In this document: positions 40,631 to 51,984 of the stretch, one piece after another
Position numbering within the stretch: position 1 is the stretch's first letter
Layout: every line of letters starts with the position of its first letter
Source of the DNA: Octopus bimaculoides
Taxonomy: Eukaryota
NCBI RefSeq assembly: GCF_001194135.2
Contig: NC_068981.1
Span: 170,918,546-170,971,718 of the forward strand
DNA length: 53,173 nucleotides
Reading direction: 5' to 3'
Made by a program: the position numbers and the translations under genes
Notes under the pieces: generated by a model
What the model was told of the DNA's origin: nothing
The model's input: the letters and a program-made list of their open reading frames with translations, nothing else
Databases searched by the model: none

Positions 40631-42297
40631 AAGGTGAATAAAAAGAAAATAAGTAACGAGGATGTCAAGGTATTAGTGCATTACTGCCGTTTCAGGCGGC
40701 TCCATTTAATCGATCAATGCAAGCATTACATCAATTTGAAATGTATGGCCTTCCTCGGATGGTTTTCAACATACAGGATACACCATTATAATTATTTAGC
40801 TAATTTTTCATCAGAACTAGACAATAAAATAATTACATACCTGTTGCTATTATGTTAGCAGAATGAACTTAGGGAGAAAATATCCCATCTATAATTTGGT
40901 AGGTAGAAGAGAATAACAATGGGGGTCAAAAGATGGCAACATAGCTATATTTATCTTTCTCCTCCTGTGGCTATAAATTCTCTATGACTCCATAAAGGAA
41001 CATGTCTTAGAAGATGTCAGTAAGATTGTGGTATATGCCCAGAAAGAGGGAGGGTAGGTGTGTCATAAACTGTTTTATTATTATCAGTTAAAAGGGATCA
41101 CAATACCAAAGAGGTCACAGTGTAATCTAAATGGGAATTAAGGACACAGGGACAAAACGTATATCCAAATTTAGCAAAATTTATACATTACTATATTTTG
41201 AATAATAACTAATAAAATTTTAAAATTTAGAAAGGGATATAAGGACTAAGAGAAGAAGGATATATAAACTAATTTAGGCCCAAACAATATATATANNNNN
41301 NNNNNNNNNNNNNNNNNNNNNNNNNNNNNNNNNNNNNNNNNNNNNNNNNNNNNNNNNNNNNNNNNNNNNNNNNNNNNNNNNNNNNNNNNNNNNNNNNNNN
41401 NNNNNNNNNNNNNNNNNNNNNNNNNNNNNNNNNNNNNNNNNNNNNNNNNNNNNNNNNNNNNNNNNNNNNNNNNNNNNNNNNNNNNNNNNNNNNNNNNNNN
41501 NNNNNNNNNNNNNNNNNNNNNNNNNNNNNNNNNNNNNNNNNNNNNNNNNNNNNNNNNNNNNNNNNNNNNNNNNNNNNNNNNNNNNNNNNNNNNNNNNNNN
41601 NNNNNNNNNNNNNNNNNNNNNNNNNNNNNNNNNNNNNNNNNNNNNNNNNNNNNNNNNNNNNNNNNNNNNNNNNNNNNNNNNNNNNNNNNNNNNNNNNNNN
41701 NNNNNNNNNNNNNNNNNNNNNNNNNNNNNNNNNNNNNNNNNNNNNNNNNNNNNNNNNNNNNNNNNNNNNNNNNNNNNNNNNNNNNNNNNNNNNNNNNNNN
41801 NNNNNNNNNNNNNNNNNNNNNNNNNNNNNNNNNNNNNNNNNNGTGTTGACTGTAGAGAAAAGAGTAGCGGCGTATGATATATAATCTTTGCATTTAGAAC
41901 GTAAAAATTCCATATGGTGTATTTCCAAACACATTAAATAAAATTATCACTACACTAGATGTTATTTTAGTTCGGTCTTTTCTTTCTGTTCTGCATTTCT
42001 CCTCGGAAAATGTCATAACTTTGTGGAAAATGGAATTTTTCAATAATATTGTGTAAACTTATTTAGAAATTTGGATATAGTTTCAGAAGTATCTGTTTAA
42101 GAGTAATACTGTATTGATTTCCATGAGACGTATTTTTATGAACAACTTATTAAAAAATTTTTTAGGAAGCGTGTGTGATTTGATGATACTGAAGAGAGAT
42201 AGTAACTTAAATTATATTCGACAATCTGCCATGTTTCCGCTTGCAAAGATTGTGCTGAACCGAGTTTAGAAAAATAATTAAAAAAAAACAAAAATAG

Positions 42298-42388
42298 GCA
42301 TCAGATGCAGCGTAGTGAGATGGGGCCAAGTACATCGGGTTTACGAAGCGATCTTAACCATTCGCTGAGCCTGCGAACACCTAATATA
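42298..42388 (-). mobile_element. Diverged head fragment of SINE family A
   Basis: Revcomp gcaggctcagcgaatggttaagatcgcttcgtaaaccc...ctcactacgctgcatc aligns loosely with the 25307-25380 head. Confidence 0.4.
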
Positions 42389-42503
42389 AAGATAAACTTA
42401 CAACAGCTGCGGTTTAAAATGATAAATATACACTCATAAATGCATAGATAAATATAGATAAATGTGAATATATATATTATGTATATACATATATATATAT
42501 ATT

Positions 42504-42647
42504 CACAGGCACAGATAGATATGTGGTTGGATATACATATGTATGGATGAAATTATATATACATATATATATATATATATAAATATATATATATATAATT
42601 TCATCCATACATATGTATATCCAACCACATATCTATCTGTGCCTGTG
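42504..42647. repeat. Perfect 58-bp inverted repeat flanking a 28-bp AT-rich spacer
   Basis: Left arm 42504-42561 is the exact reverse complement of right arm 42590-42647. Confidence 0.93.
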
Positions 42648-43599
42648 TGCGCACGCGCGTCTGTATACGCGTTGGAAGAGAGAGAAATGTGTAATGCAAA
42701 AACAAAATCGATGAATCATAAACAATGGTTGCATTTATACCATTAGAATTTCCATATGAGGTATATCCAAGCACATTGAACATAATAACTCAAAATATAT
42801 TTATTTTGTTTTTCTCATAGTTTCTTTTTTTTGCTATCTCAGTTCTCATTTTATAAAAACTGAAATATCATAATGGAAAAGAAAATTATTGAAAATTCTA
42901 TGGTAAATAACTTTAGAAATCTGACAATATATTGTTTAAGATTGTTTTGCTTATTTGATAAATACAAAATTTTATAAAACAAACCTTGTGCTGATGTTTT
43001 TATAAATTCGACCATAGACCGTAAACAGATATAATTACGTGGATAGACGAAAATCATGAGTCTTTCACCCATTCTTTCTATGCACAAACACAGATATTAT
43101 TTTTGAATATTTTCTTATATTGATATGCGTAATTCTATATGTCAAGATATGTATACACTATAAAAGCAAAGTATAACCCACACAAAATATGAATATCATA
43201 GAACTCAAAGCTATACTGACAAGGTACTACGTATTAGAATTACCAGCACTCTTCCATCTGGTAAAGTTCCCTTGCGACAGACCTACATAGTGACAAGAAC
43301 TTTAAAATCTGGTCTTGATAATCAAGATATCTCATTTGAGATGTAATAACATTACACGAAACAACGCGTATGTGTATCATTAAGAAAGTTTTAATCAATA
43401 TTTATTAAATTGTCAAATAATATTCAATGCAAAAATGCATTTTTAATTTTGTAATGATTTCCAAAACTACGCATATACATTTAACATAAACTGTCACCGG
43501 TTTACGTAAATTTATTTTTAAGTGCTCCTCATTCGATATTTTTTGCAAAATATATTGCAAAACACAAAATATGAAGCTAACTTTCACTCTGTGTATTCG

Positions 43600-43870
43600 T
43601 TCTGTATTCCAAAGAATTCTATAAATACTTGTAAAATCTTCAGCAAGCAGATCATCACGCTACAGGAATATAGTGGTGAAAGATCATTTCAGAAAATTAA
43701 CTTGAGAGTGGACATTGAGTTGATCATAAATGTGTCAAGAGGATTTAGTAATTTTGAAATGAAAAAATCGGTTGATCTTACCAGTTCTTCGTTAACTCAC
43801 TACCGACAGAGTGAACAGATGAAAAATCATAATATTGCACAATTTCTAAGGAGGGACGTAAGAAGTGTGT
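43600..43870 (+). mobile_element. Possible hAT transposase C-terminal (dimerisation domain) relic
   Basis: SGERSFQK resembles the hAT 'S.ERSFS.L' motif, and SKEGRK lies downstream in another frame. Otherwise degenerate. Confidence 0.3.
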
Positions 43871-44399
43871 GAAGAGATGTATAACTTTGTTAACAATATA
43901 AATGAGTTTATACAACTGCATTCCTTTTGCTATATGTGCACCCACATATGCTCCCCCGATTACGCTTCAAAACATCCAATCGTGTGTATGAGGAATTTAC
44001 ATGATGGCAAGGAATCCATCCTTATAATCAAAATTTATATCGCATTGATTTTACTCTTTTAATTTAAAGACATTTTGATAAATATTCGTACATTGGTATT
44101 TTAAAATGTAAGGAATACTTCGGATAACATATACCTTCAGATATTAACAACACTTAATCTGCATTGATCATTACATAGATTATAGCTCTATCCCTGACGT
44201 TTAACATGAAGCGGTATTGTGTGTCTTGTATTTTGAGTCTGTCTAGACACGTTTTGTGTACGATTAGTAGATCAATCGGGTTCATTTCCATTGGTGAGTA
44301 GAATTTATTCTCAAGGCGTTACATGCATTTAAATTCCTACATTTTTATCACATCGAATTGTTGGGAGAATATATAATATTTGTCATTGGTGCTAAATTA

Positions 44400-44776
44400 A
44401 AATTGATTTTCTTGCTCTAACTACGGTATTTTATGTCCGGCTTTTGACATTAGATATGAAGATTGTTCAGCAAGTAGCGCCTCAGTGTTTTTTGCAAAAT
44501 TCGATGAAGCTCTGACGTTTCTCATATTACTAGACATGGCCATGTGGATCAAGAAAAACGGCACACAGCAAAAACTTTTCACATTTATACCACCTCTTTG
44601 AAATGTTATAGAGCCGTATTCTTCTTAACTTGGAAAACAAAAACATTCAGCCAAACCAATTTCAAAGGATTTCGCTCAAATCTGATGTCGATGTTACTTA
44701 TTTTGGTTTGAAATAAAGCACTTGATCACTTAATAATACTAGCTTAATTCCGAGCAGCGCCGGGCTATACTGCTAG
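44400..44776 (+). mobile_element. Helitron 3' terminus (5' boundary undetermined)
   Basis: CCGAGCAGCGCCGGG hairpin + CTATACTG + CTAG|T at 44750-44777, the same architecture as the 22146 end. The start coordinate is approximate. Confidence 0.7.
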
Positions 44777-45189
44777 TATTATATATGTGTATATATNNNN
44801 NNNNNNNNNNNNNNNNNNNNNNNNNNNNNNNNNNNNNNNNNNNNNNNNNNNNNNNNNNNNNNNNNNNNNNNNNNNNNNNNNNNNNNNNNNNNNNNNNNNN
44901 NNNNNNNNNNNNNNNNNNNNNNNNNNNNNNNNNNNNNNNNNNNNNNNNNNNNNNNNNNNNNNNNNNNNNNNNNNNNNNNNNNNNNNNNNNNNNNNNNNNN
45001 NNNNNNNNNNNNNNNNNNNNNNNNNNNNNNNNNNNNNNNNNNNNNNNNNNNNNNNNNNNNNNNNNNNNNNNNNNNNNNNNNNNNNNNNNNNNNNNNNNNN
45101 NNNNNNNNNNNNNNNNNNNNNNNNNNNNNNNNNNNNNNNNNNNNNNNNNNNNNNNNNNNNNNNNNNNNNNNNNNNNNNNNNNNNNNNNA

Positions 45190-45425
45190 AGAACAGATCC
45201 TTTTTCTTGGATATTATGATTAAAAAACGTCTACAACCAAATTATAACATTTATCATAACCCAACAGACTCGAAGCAGTATCTTATGTCTATCTCATGCC
45301 ACCTGAAATACATCAAAAGAAATATCCCCTTTAATTTAGCAAAAAGGATTTGCACAATAGTGTCTGATAGAAATACTTGGGACCTTCGTCTTCAAGACAT
45401 CAGAACAGCATGCGCAGAAAGGTAG
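45190..45425 (+). mobile_element. Penelope-like element fragment (RT thumb/C-terminal region)
   Basis: FLDIMIKK...IYHNPTDSKQYL.SISCHLKYIKRNIPFNLAKRICTIVSD...RLQD matches the PLE motif 'FLD..I......Y.KPTD..QYL...SCHP....NIPF.LARRIC.I.S'. Confidence 0.85.
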
Positions 45426-45496
45426 TGTAAGAATAATACAATAATAAAGAAATGAAATAGTGAAAGTGCAGATAAGTTTTGACTTCCGCTCGTGTG

Positions 45497-45618
45497 TATG
45501 TGTGTGTGCGTGTGTGTACACACACACACACACACACAGCCACACGCACACACAGCCACACGCACACACAGCCACACGCACACACAGCCACACGTACACA
45601 CAGCCACACGCGCACACA
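45497..45618. repeat. (TG)/(CA) tract followed by a 16-bp minisatellite (cacacagccacacgca) x~5
   Basis: Direct reading. Confidence 0.85.
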
Positions 45619-45644
45619 AACTTGATATGTTGCATTTTTAAATC

Positions 45645-46115
45645 GTACGTTTCTCAGTCGTGCGTTTTCTCTTCGTATACCCGAGTGTTTCACGAGTTGA
45701 CTAAAATACATTTTAAAAAGTAGTCCACGCTGATTCAACATCTGTGTTGTCCGAGATACCAGCACGTTCGTTGTCAAGGAATGTTTGAAATGAGATTAAA
45801 TTGTCATTGTTCCTCGGCTTAGTCACATCCACTTTTCGAATTGGTTCAGTGTGATTGTTACGAATATGACTGCGGATAATAAAACTCACCTTTGATCGTG
45901 TCAGTCTGTGGTCAGACCAACACTCCCCGGTGGAGAAAAATGTGTTACTTGGACATCTTCCCTCATGGAAGACCTAACCAATGAGATGATCATATTTTCG
46001 TCGGGGATGCTTCCAGGTAATTTTGTGGTGATGATTGAAGATTTGGAAAATAGTATGGTAATATCCAACCACACTTCAGTTTTCCTCGTCTACCAGTGCA
46101 ACGGAACAATTTCTA
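45645..46115 (-). mobile_element. RTE-clade LINE AP-endonuclease C-terminus and linker fragment
   Basis: HTIFQ....HKITWKHPRRKYDHLIG*V...CWSDHRLTRSK (APE 'TW.HPRSK.WHLIDY...SDHRLV'), followed by VESAWTTF...ETLG. Confidence 0.8.
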
Positions 46116-46534
46116 TACAAGAATGTTTAAATAAGGAAAATTAGTTCATTTTAGAATCCAGAATAGATCTAAATATGAACGCATAACCAACTTTGATTTC
46201 AGTATATATTTCAATTCATGATCACATACCCATAACTGTACATATTTTATCTCATTATTTTAGCTCTTTAGCTTTTGTGTATATTTCTTTATCCACCCCC
46301 CCACACACACAGATGAACAATTACCTCCCCTGTTCCCAATAATAATGATCACCAGTTACATCCCCTTGGATTTTTCTACTTGTTGAATCATTCATTCACA
46401 AACTTATCCATACACAACAAGTACTAAAATCTTCTTAAGAAGATAAGAAATTGCAATAATTTCAATGACATGATTAGCAAAAGCGAAACCAGTCGACAAA
46501 CACAATAGAAAATATATTTAAGAAAACATATTCA

Positions 46535-46683
46535 TTTCTACTCTAGGTACAAGGCCCGAAATTTGGAAGGAGGTGGTTAGTACCTAATTTATCGACCATG
46601 AAAGGATGAAAAGCAAAATCGATCTCGGCGGAATGTGAACCCTGAACGTAAAGACAAACGAAATAGTGCTAAATATTTCGCTC
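46535..46683 (-). mobile_element. Octopus tRNA-derived SINE (family B), internally deleted
   Basis: tttatcgaccatgaaaggatgaaaagcaaaatcgatctcggcggaatgtgaaccctgaacgtaaagac. Confidence 0.85.
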
Positions 46684-46722
46684 AATTAAATGAAGTCTCA
46701 TGAAACGATCGTATTGCATTAC

Positions 46723-46763
46723 CTTTTCATACCCTTGTTGCTTATTTTTATAAGTAGCACTTG
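46723..46763 (-). CDS. Candidate small coding exon of an unidentified minus-strand gene (QVLLIKISNKGMK)
   Basis: tttatctctttag|C acceptor and AAG|gtaatg donor; open in phase 0->2. No homology recognised. Confidence 0.2.
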
Positions 46764-47049
46764 CTAAAGAGATAAACATTTCATGTTTATATGGAAAGTT
46801 AAAGCATTGCCTCGTGTTCATTATTGATTGTAGGTTTCAACCAGTCCACTTTTAGTTTACGAGCGGTTGATAGTTTAAAAGTTTGGCGTAATATCTAAAT
46901 AGCTCAGACTGCATTTCCCTCTGTTTGTTTAATTTACAGAAGCATAAAATCAAAGCGCCAGCTCTACAGGTCGGATTTTACCTTTCTGCGTTTTTCCTCA
47001 TATATCTGGAACTAGCCAGAACCTCATATGAACATATAATTCAACTTAC

Positions 47050-47124
47050 CTCATGGAATTCGAACATATTCCAGAAACATTTAAACAGCTTCTTTACCGA
47101 TGTATTTATAAAATCACTAGAGCC
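47050..47124 (-). CDS. Candidate 75-nt coding exon of an unidentified minus-strand gene (GSSDFINTSVKKLFKCFWNMFEFHE)
   Basis: aattatttcag|G acceptor and GAG|gtaagt donor; only one frame is open (phase 0->0). No homology recognised. Confidence 0.3.
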
Positions 47125-47454
47125 CTGAAATAATTAATTTCCGTTCTGTTCGGCTTTCTACATTATCTTTGACATTTTGACAAATATTTTCAAAGCCAGC
47201 TTGATAACCATTGTTGGAACATTTCTGCTTAACGCAAGCTTTATACTATCAAATCCCATTGATTATATATTTTTAATCTTGCACTTTCCTCCTGGATTCA
47301 GTAGTCATGATCCGGTGGTTCCGCTAAAACAAAACCATCAAGGACTTTTGTTAATTATATAGTATCTTTTAATTAATCCAACCAATGACTTCCATCTTTT
47401 TTTGAATCGCCAATAAATTATGGAACATATAGGAATACAACAGTTGTATATAAT

Positions 47455-47670
47455 GAAGCATCAACATTAATATGGACCTCCATGATTGACCGTTGACTGA
47501 ACACTATTCACTTTTTCTCCGTGTTTTTCTCCTTGTCTCCGTATTCGTTCTGTTGAAGAGCGTAGCTCGAAACGTTAAAGACTTTCCGTATTCCCGAGCG
47601 TCATACTAATACATCCTTTTGTTGTTTACACCACCTGTCCTCGTCTGTTGTTGTTTTTTCGTACATTCTC

Positions 47671-47672
<2 letters not shown>
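47455..47672 (+). mobile_element. Penelope-like pseudo-LTR/tail-derived repeat
   Basis: tgaagagcgtagctcgaaacgttaaagacttt resembles the conserved PLE 3' 'TGA(A/T)GA...CGAAAC' core; followed by a (TA)n tract. Confidence 0.55.
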
Positions 47673-47728
<56 letters not shown>

Positions 47729-47790
47729 GCATATATATATATATACAGACATATATATATATATACAGACATATATATATATATATATAT

Positions 47791-47821
<31 letters not shown>

Positions 47822-47915
47822 TATTTACATACATATATATACAAACATATATATATATGTGTATTTATTTATGTATGCATGTATATATGTATGCATGTAT
47901 GTATGTGTGTGAGTG
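47672..47915. repeat. (TA)n-rich microsatellite block
   Basis: Direct reading. Confidence 0.95.
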
Positions 47916-48538
47916 TGTGTGTATGTTTATACGGCATAAGTTCGTATAAGGTACGATTATCTATATCACATTCTATTCATAACATGTTGGTCAACCTAAT
48001 ATGGTAAAATACAATCATTGAAGCCACCACGTTCAGAGACTGAACCATGAGATACGTGATTTCAATGAAAACCTTGTAACTACACGGCGACTCATTTTCA
48101 ACAATTCATAAGGGAAAGTTAGCAGAACATTTAATTGCATTGGTATAAATGCTTTACACTATTAAACTTGTGTGACTGTGTGTATTCTATGCTGTTTCAT
48201 CCCAGCGACTAAGTGCTTTCGGCTCGTTTTGTGAAATTAAGCATAAAGAACGTAATAGAGTAGATCCATACACTGACAATATTACATGTTTTTAAAGTAT
48301 GGATTTGTTTACCAAAATAAAAAGAATTAATACTTCAAAAATTGCCTCAATTTTACGGTTTGTTATTACGTGGACAATAACATGAGAGTAGAGGTCAAAT
48401 ACTGAGATACAATTGGGAGAGAAAAAAAAACCACGTCTTCACTCTTCCCTCCTGCACGTAATTCAGTTGCATTCGTAATAGAGCACTGACACGATTACTT
48501 CGTTCACTATTACAAGGCTGAAATTTATGGAAGCTTAC

Positions 48539-48584
48539 CGGTTTATTTGTAAAGTGGAAGGCTTTCCAACACATTAATGATTGT
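48539..48584 (-). CDS. Candidate 46-nt coding exon of an unidentified minus-strand gene (QSLMCWKAFHFTNKP)
   Basis: gtatttttacag|A acceptor and CCG|gtaagc donor; one open frame, ending in phase 0. Confidence 0.25.
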
Positions 48585-49111
48585 CTGTAAAAATACTTCA
48601 CAATGATAAAACATTTCTGTGGACTTCAAGGACTTCAATCACATTTACAAATGAATTATTGCGATGCCTAAAGGTCGTTTAAACTAAGTACACCCTAGAG
48701 ATATCAAAAACCTGATCACTATCATGTAATATTATATCATAATGTATCGATGAAAGTCGATTTTAATAATAAATGCACCCGTCATTACACATCAAGAATT
48801 AAGATTACAAATTTGTGCATGAGATCGTTATAACAAGCTTCAGGATCAGTAATAAATGAATGAGGTCGATGTGTATAGAATGAAACAGATAACGATGATG
48901 ATGAGGATGCTGCTTTTTATTCGGTTTGGGTGTCGATCCGAGATGAATACCAGTGTCCTTTATACTTATGTTTATGCATGAGTTCATTTTTCACATGCCT
49001 GTCTGTTGATAAGAGGTCTTAACGGTGAATTATAGGTGGGAAATTACTATAATGACAAGGGCACGGAATTTGCGAGAGGAATAAATTAATCTTTTTGAAG
49101 CTTGTGCATTT

Positions 49112-49156
<45 letters not shown>

Positions 49157-49345
49157 AATACTACTACTACCAGCACCACCACCGCCGCCGCTGCCGCCGC
49201 CACAACCACCACCACCACCACCACCACCACCACAGCTACCACCGCCTCAACCGCCGCCACCACCACTCCCATATTACTACTACTACCAGCACCACCACTG
49301 CCGCCGCCGCCATTACTACTAATACAAGTACTACTGCTATCACCA
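49112..49345. repeat. Compound trinucleotide microsatellite (CTA)n/(CCA)n/(CCG)n
   Basis: Direct reading. It accounts for the poly-T/P/H ORFs at 49095-49446. Confidence 0.93.
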
Positions 49346-50181
49346 TCATCACTCCTTTTATTGTGTTGATGATATTGTTTCGCAATACTAGTTACCACGA
49401 AATTACACTGACATCTCAGATTATTATTATTCTTCGTTACATCTAATAAACATAATTTCTCCTACTTGACCAATGTTTGTTCTCAAATATTTTGTCACAT
49501 CATCCAAGACACTACTACCACTAAAACTACTGCTGCTGCTGCTATCACCTTGTCTACTACACCCCCCCCCACCACCGCTGCTTCTTCTGAAGCCTATCTA
49601 TACCAAATCCTGCCTAAGCAAACTTTGTCTTTCATCCTTCTGGGGTTTAGGAGTTAAAATCAATTAAATCATTTAAATTCATGAGTTGATTTAATTGAAT
49701 AACTCTTATTTGAAACTTACTGGTACCGTGCTTTCATTAGAAGCAATTATTAAAAGTTGTGGACTAACAGAATATCATAAGCGTCGGAAACCTGCTTTGC
49801 AATATATGTTCCAGTTCTATATATTTTGAATTCAAACCTCATAGTGGTCAAGTTTGCTGTTCGTCTTTCTGAGGTCTCCTGCACTCAATTTTCAGGCCTT
49901 ATATCTGTCAAAAATTGCTAAGAGAGATGAACTGGAAACCAACTTAGTTGGTCGAACAAAATGCTTGTCTGTATTTCTACTGATTTTTAAATTTCTAAAT
50001 TTTGATCCTGTCGACGTCAAATTTAATCTTTATCTTTGCAGAGTCCAGTCAAGTACTAGATTTGATAGTATCTCCTAAATTCTTTACACTTAAAACTGCT
50101 GGAATTGTGTTGAAATCATAAACAATTATATAAGGCAGGATCGTTAAGGAGTCGGAAAACTTTTTTCAACGTTTGTGTCAG

Positions 50182-50335
50182 CTAGGAAGGTGAGCTGGCA
50201 AAATCGTTAGCACGCCAGGCAAATTGCTTAGTGGCATTTCGTTCGCCTTGGTGTTGTGAGTTCAAATTTCCCCTGGGTAGACCTTGCCTTTCATCCTTTT
50301 GGGGTATCACTTGTATAAAAATTTGAAACTAATGC
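50182..50335 (+). mobile_element. SINE family B, internally deleted copy (tandem cluster 1)
   Basis: ggtgagctggcaaaatcgttagcacgccaggc...gagttcaaatt...ccttgcctttcatccttttgggg...aaaatttgaaac. Confidence 0.85.
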
Positions 50336-50345
50336 TTGTTCTAGC

Positions 50346-50575
50346 TAGAGCGGTGAGCTGGTGGAATCGTTAGCACGCTAGGCAAAGTGTTAAGCGGCAT
50401 TTCGTCCGTATTTAATTCTGAGTTCAAATTCCGCCGAGGTCTACGTTGCCTTTCACCTTTACGGAGTCGATAAAATAAGTACCAGTGGAGCACTGGGGTC
50501 CATGAAATCGACTTAATCCCCACCACACACACATACACACAAATTACTGGCCTTGTACTAAAATTTGCAACCGAT
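50346..50575 (+). mobile_element. SINE family B, full-length copy (tandem cluster 1)
   Basis: gcggtgagctggtggaatcgttagcacgc...gagttcaaattccgccgaggtc...gtcgataaaataagtaccag...ggccttgtactaaaatttgcaacc. Confidence 0.9.
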
Positions 50576-50587
50576 ATTTGCTCTGGC

Positions 50588-50720
50588 TCTTTACGTTCTC
50601 ACATCAAATACAGTTGGGATCACTATGCTTCACATCCCGCTGCAGTCGATATCAAAAGGTACTGAAGAGGGGTCCAGTCCAAAATGTTAGGCTCTAAGCA
50701 CTGGGGTTCAAATTTTACAA
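50588..50720 (+). mobile_element. SINE family B, strongly diverged partial copy
   Basis: tctttacgttct...tcaaat...ttcacatcc...gtcgatatcaaaaggtac...aagcactggggtt follows the family B body order. Confidence 0.5.
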
Positions 50721-51765
50721 ACTGAGCTCCTCTCCTGAAAATTGTTAGCTCAGTATCTAATCTTTCTTGCTGTTCAGGCTTTTGTTATTTATAATTGTTC
50801 ATAAGTTATTTTATTGTTGCTTCAGTAGTTTTATTTAACAGAGGGGTTTTCATTACAAAAGTACTTTATATATTGTGAACATGAAATGTTATCATCAGTA
50901 AGAATTAGGTTTGCAATGTTTAGCGGTGATATTTTGTGTGTTCTGTATATCTGAAATTCCGAGATTATATTCCATTGAATCGGTTTTACAAGGAAATTGG
51001 ATTTCTGCATACCGTGCAATTGTTATGTTTATCTTTATTTCAAGGTCAGTGTAGTTTGATAGTTTCTCTATTTCGCTTAGAAATATATTATTGTTTGTTG
51101 GAGTAAAGCATCAACAACGAAGTATGTATCTTTTCTGATCTTAGGACAATTCGCTTTATGCATTAGGCTTTGAAGTGTCTGTGTATACGGATTGGATGCC
51201 CGAAATTATGATTAAGTTTTCGTTCACAAAGGTTTATGTCATGTGTGCGTACCGCCAATTCTCGATGGATATTTTGTTGTGTACTCTCAGTCATACTCGA
51301 CTGAACAGACCAATGATGAAAGGTATTCTAATCAAGATGAACACGTTTTTAAAACTATGTAGAACTGCATCATCCTCAAGTGAAGTACCACGTCATTTGT
51401 ATACCGCTCAGATTTGAGTGTTTGGCAACTATTTATGCCACACACGAGCAACTACGAAGATGTCCTCTAGTGAGTATTTGTCATCTCTCTGTATTTAAAC
51501 TTTAACTCTCTATATATTCGCTTTTAGCAAAAATGAATGCTGCACAAAATATGATCAGTTGTTTCCATACACCCTCCACCTAATATGCGGTTTCGTTATT
51601 GTATTGTGCTTTATTATGTTTCTAGTTTATGATAGGAAGGATTTATTTTAGTGCAGCATTACGCGCTTTCGAAATATTTCTTTTCTTTTAAGTTTTGAGT
51701 ACTTATGCAGAGTACTGTTGGTATACGGTTTATCTAGCTATGATCTTTGTTCAATATTGTGTAAC

Positions 51766-51965
51766 CAAAATAGTTAGCAAGACGAACAATACGCTCAGCA
51801 GCATTTCATCTGTCTTAACGTTCTGAGTTCAAATTCCAGCGAGTTCATCTTTGCCTTTCATCCTTTCGGGGTTGATAAGTTAAGTATGTGTTGAACACTG
51901 GAATCAATGTAATCGATTTACCCCTTACCCCGAAATCACTGGCCTTGTGCGAAATTTTGAAACCA
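51766..51965 (+). mobile_element. SINE family B copy (tandem cluster 2)
   Basis: acgttctgagttcaaattccagcgag...gcctttcatcctttcggggttgataag...ggccttgtgcgaaattttgaaacc. Confidence 0.88.
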
Positions 51966-51984
51966 ACATTTTGTAATCGCTTGA

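Noticed and set aside
45540-45618. Regularly spaced 16-bp repeats (CRISPR-like periodicity)
   Set aside because: These are tandem units with no unique spacers, derived from (CA)n. There are no cas genes and the context is eukaryotic.
45890-46112. Minus-strand segment with strong acceptor and AAG|gtgagt donor
   Set aside because: All three frames contain stops, and the best frame is an RTE AP-endonuclease relic (TWKHPR...SDHRL).
49095-49446. Pro/His/Thr-rich ORFs
   Set aside because: They are trinucleotide-repeat translations without splice or homology support.
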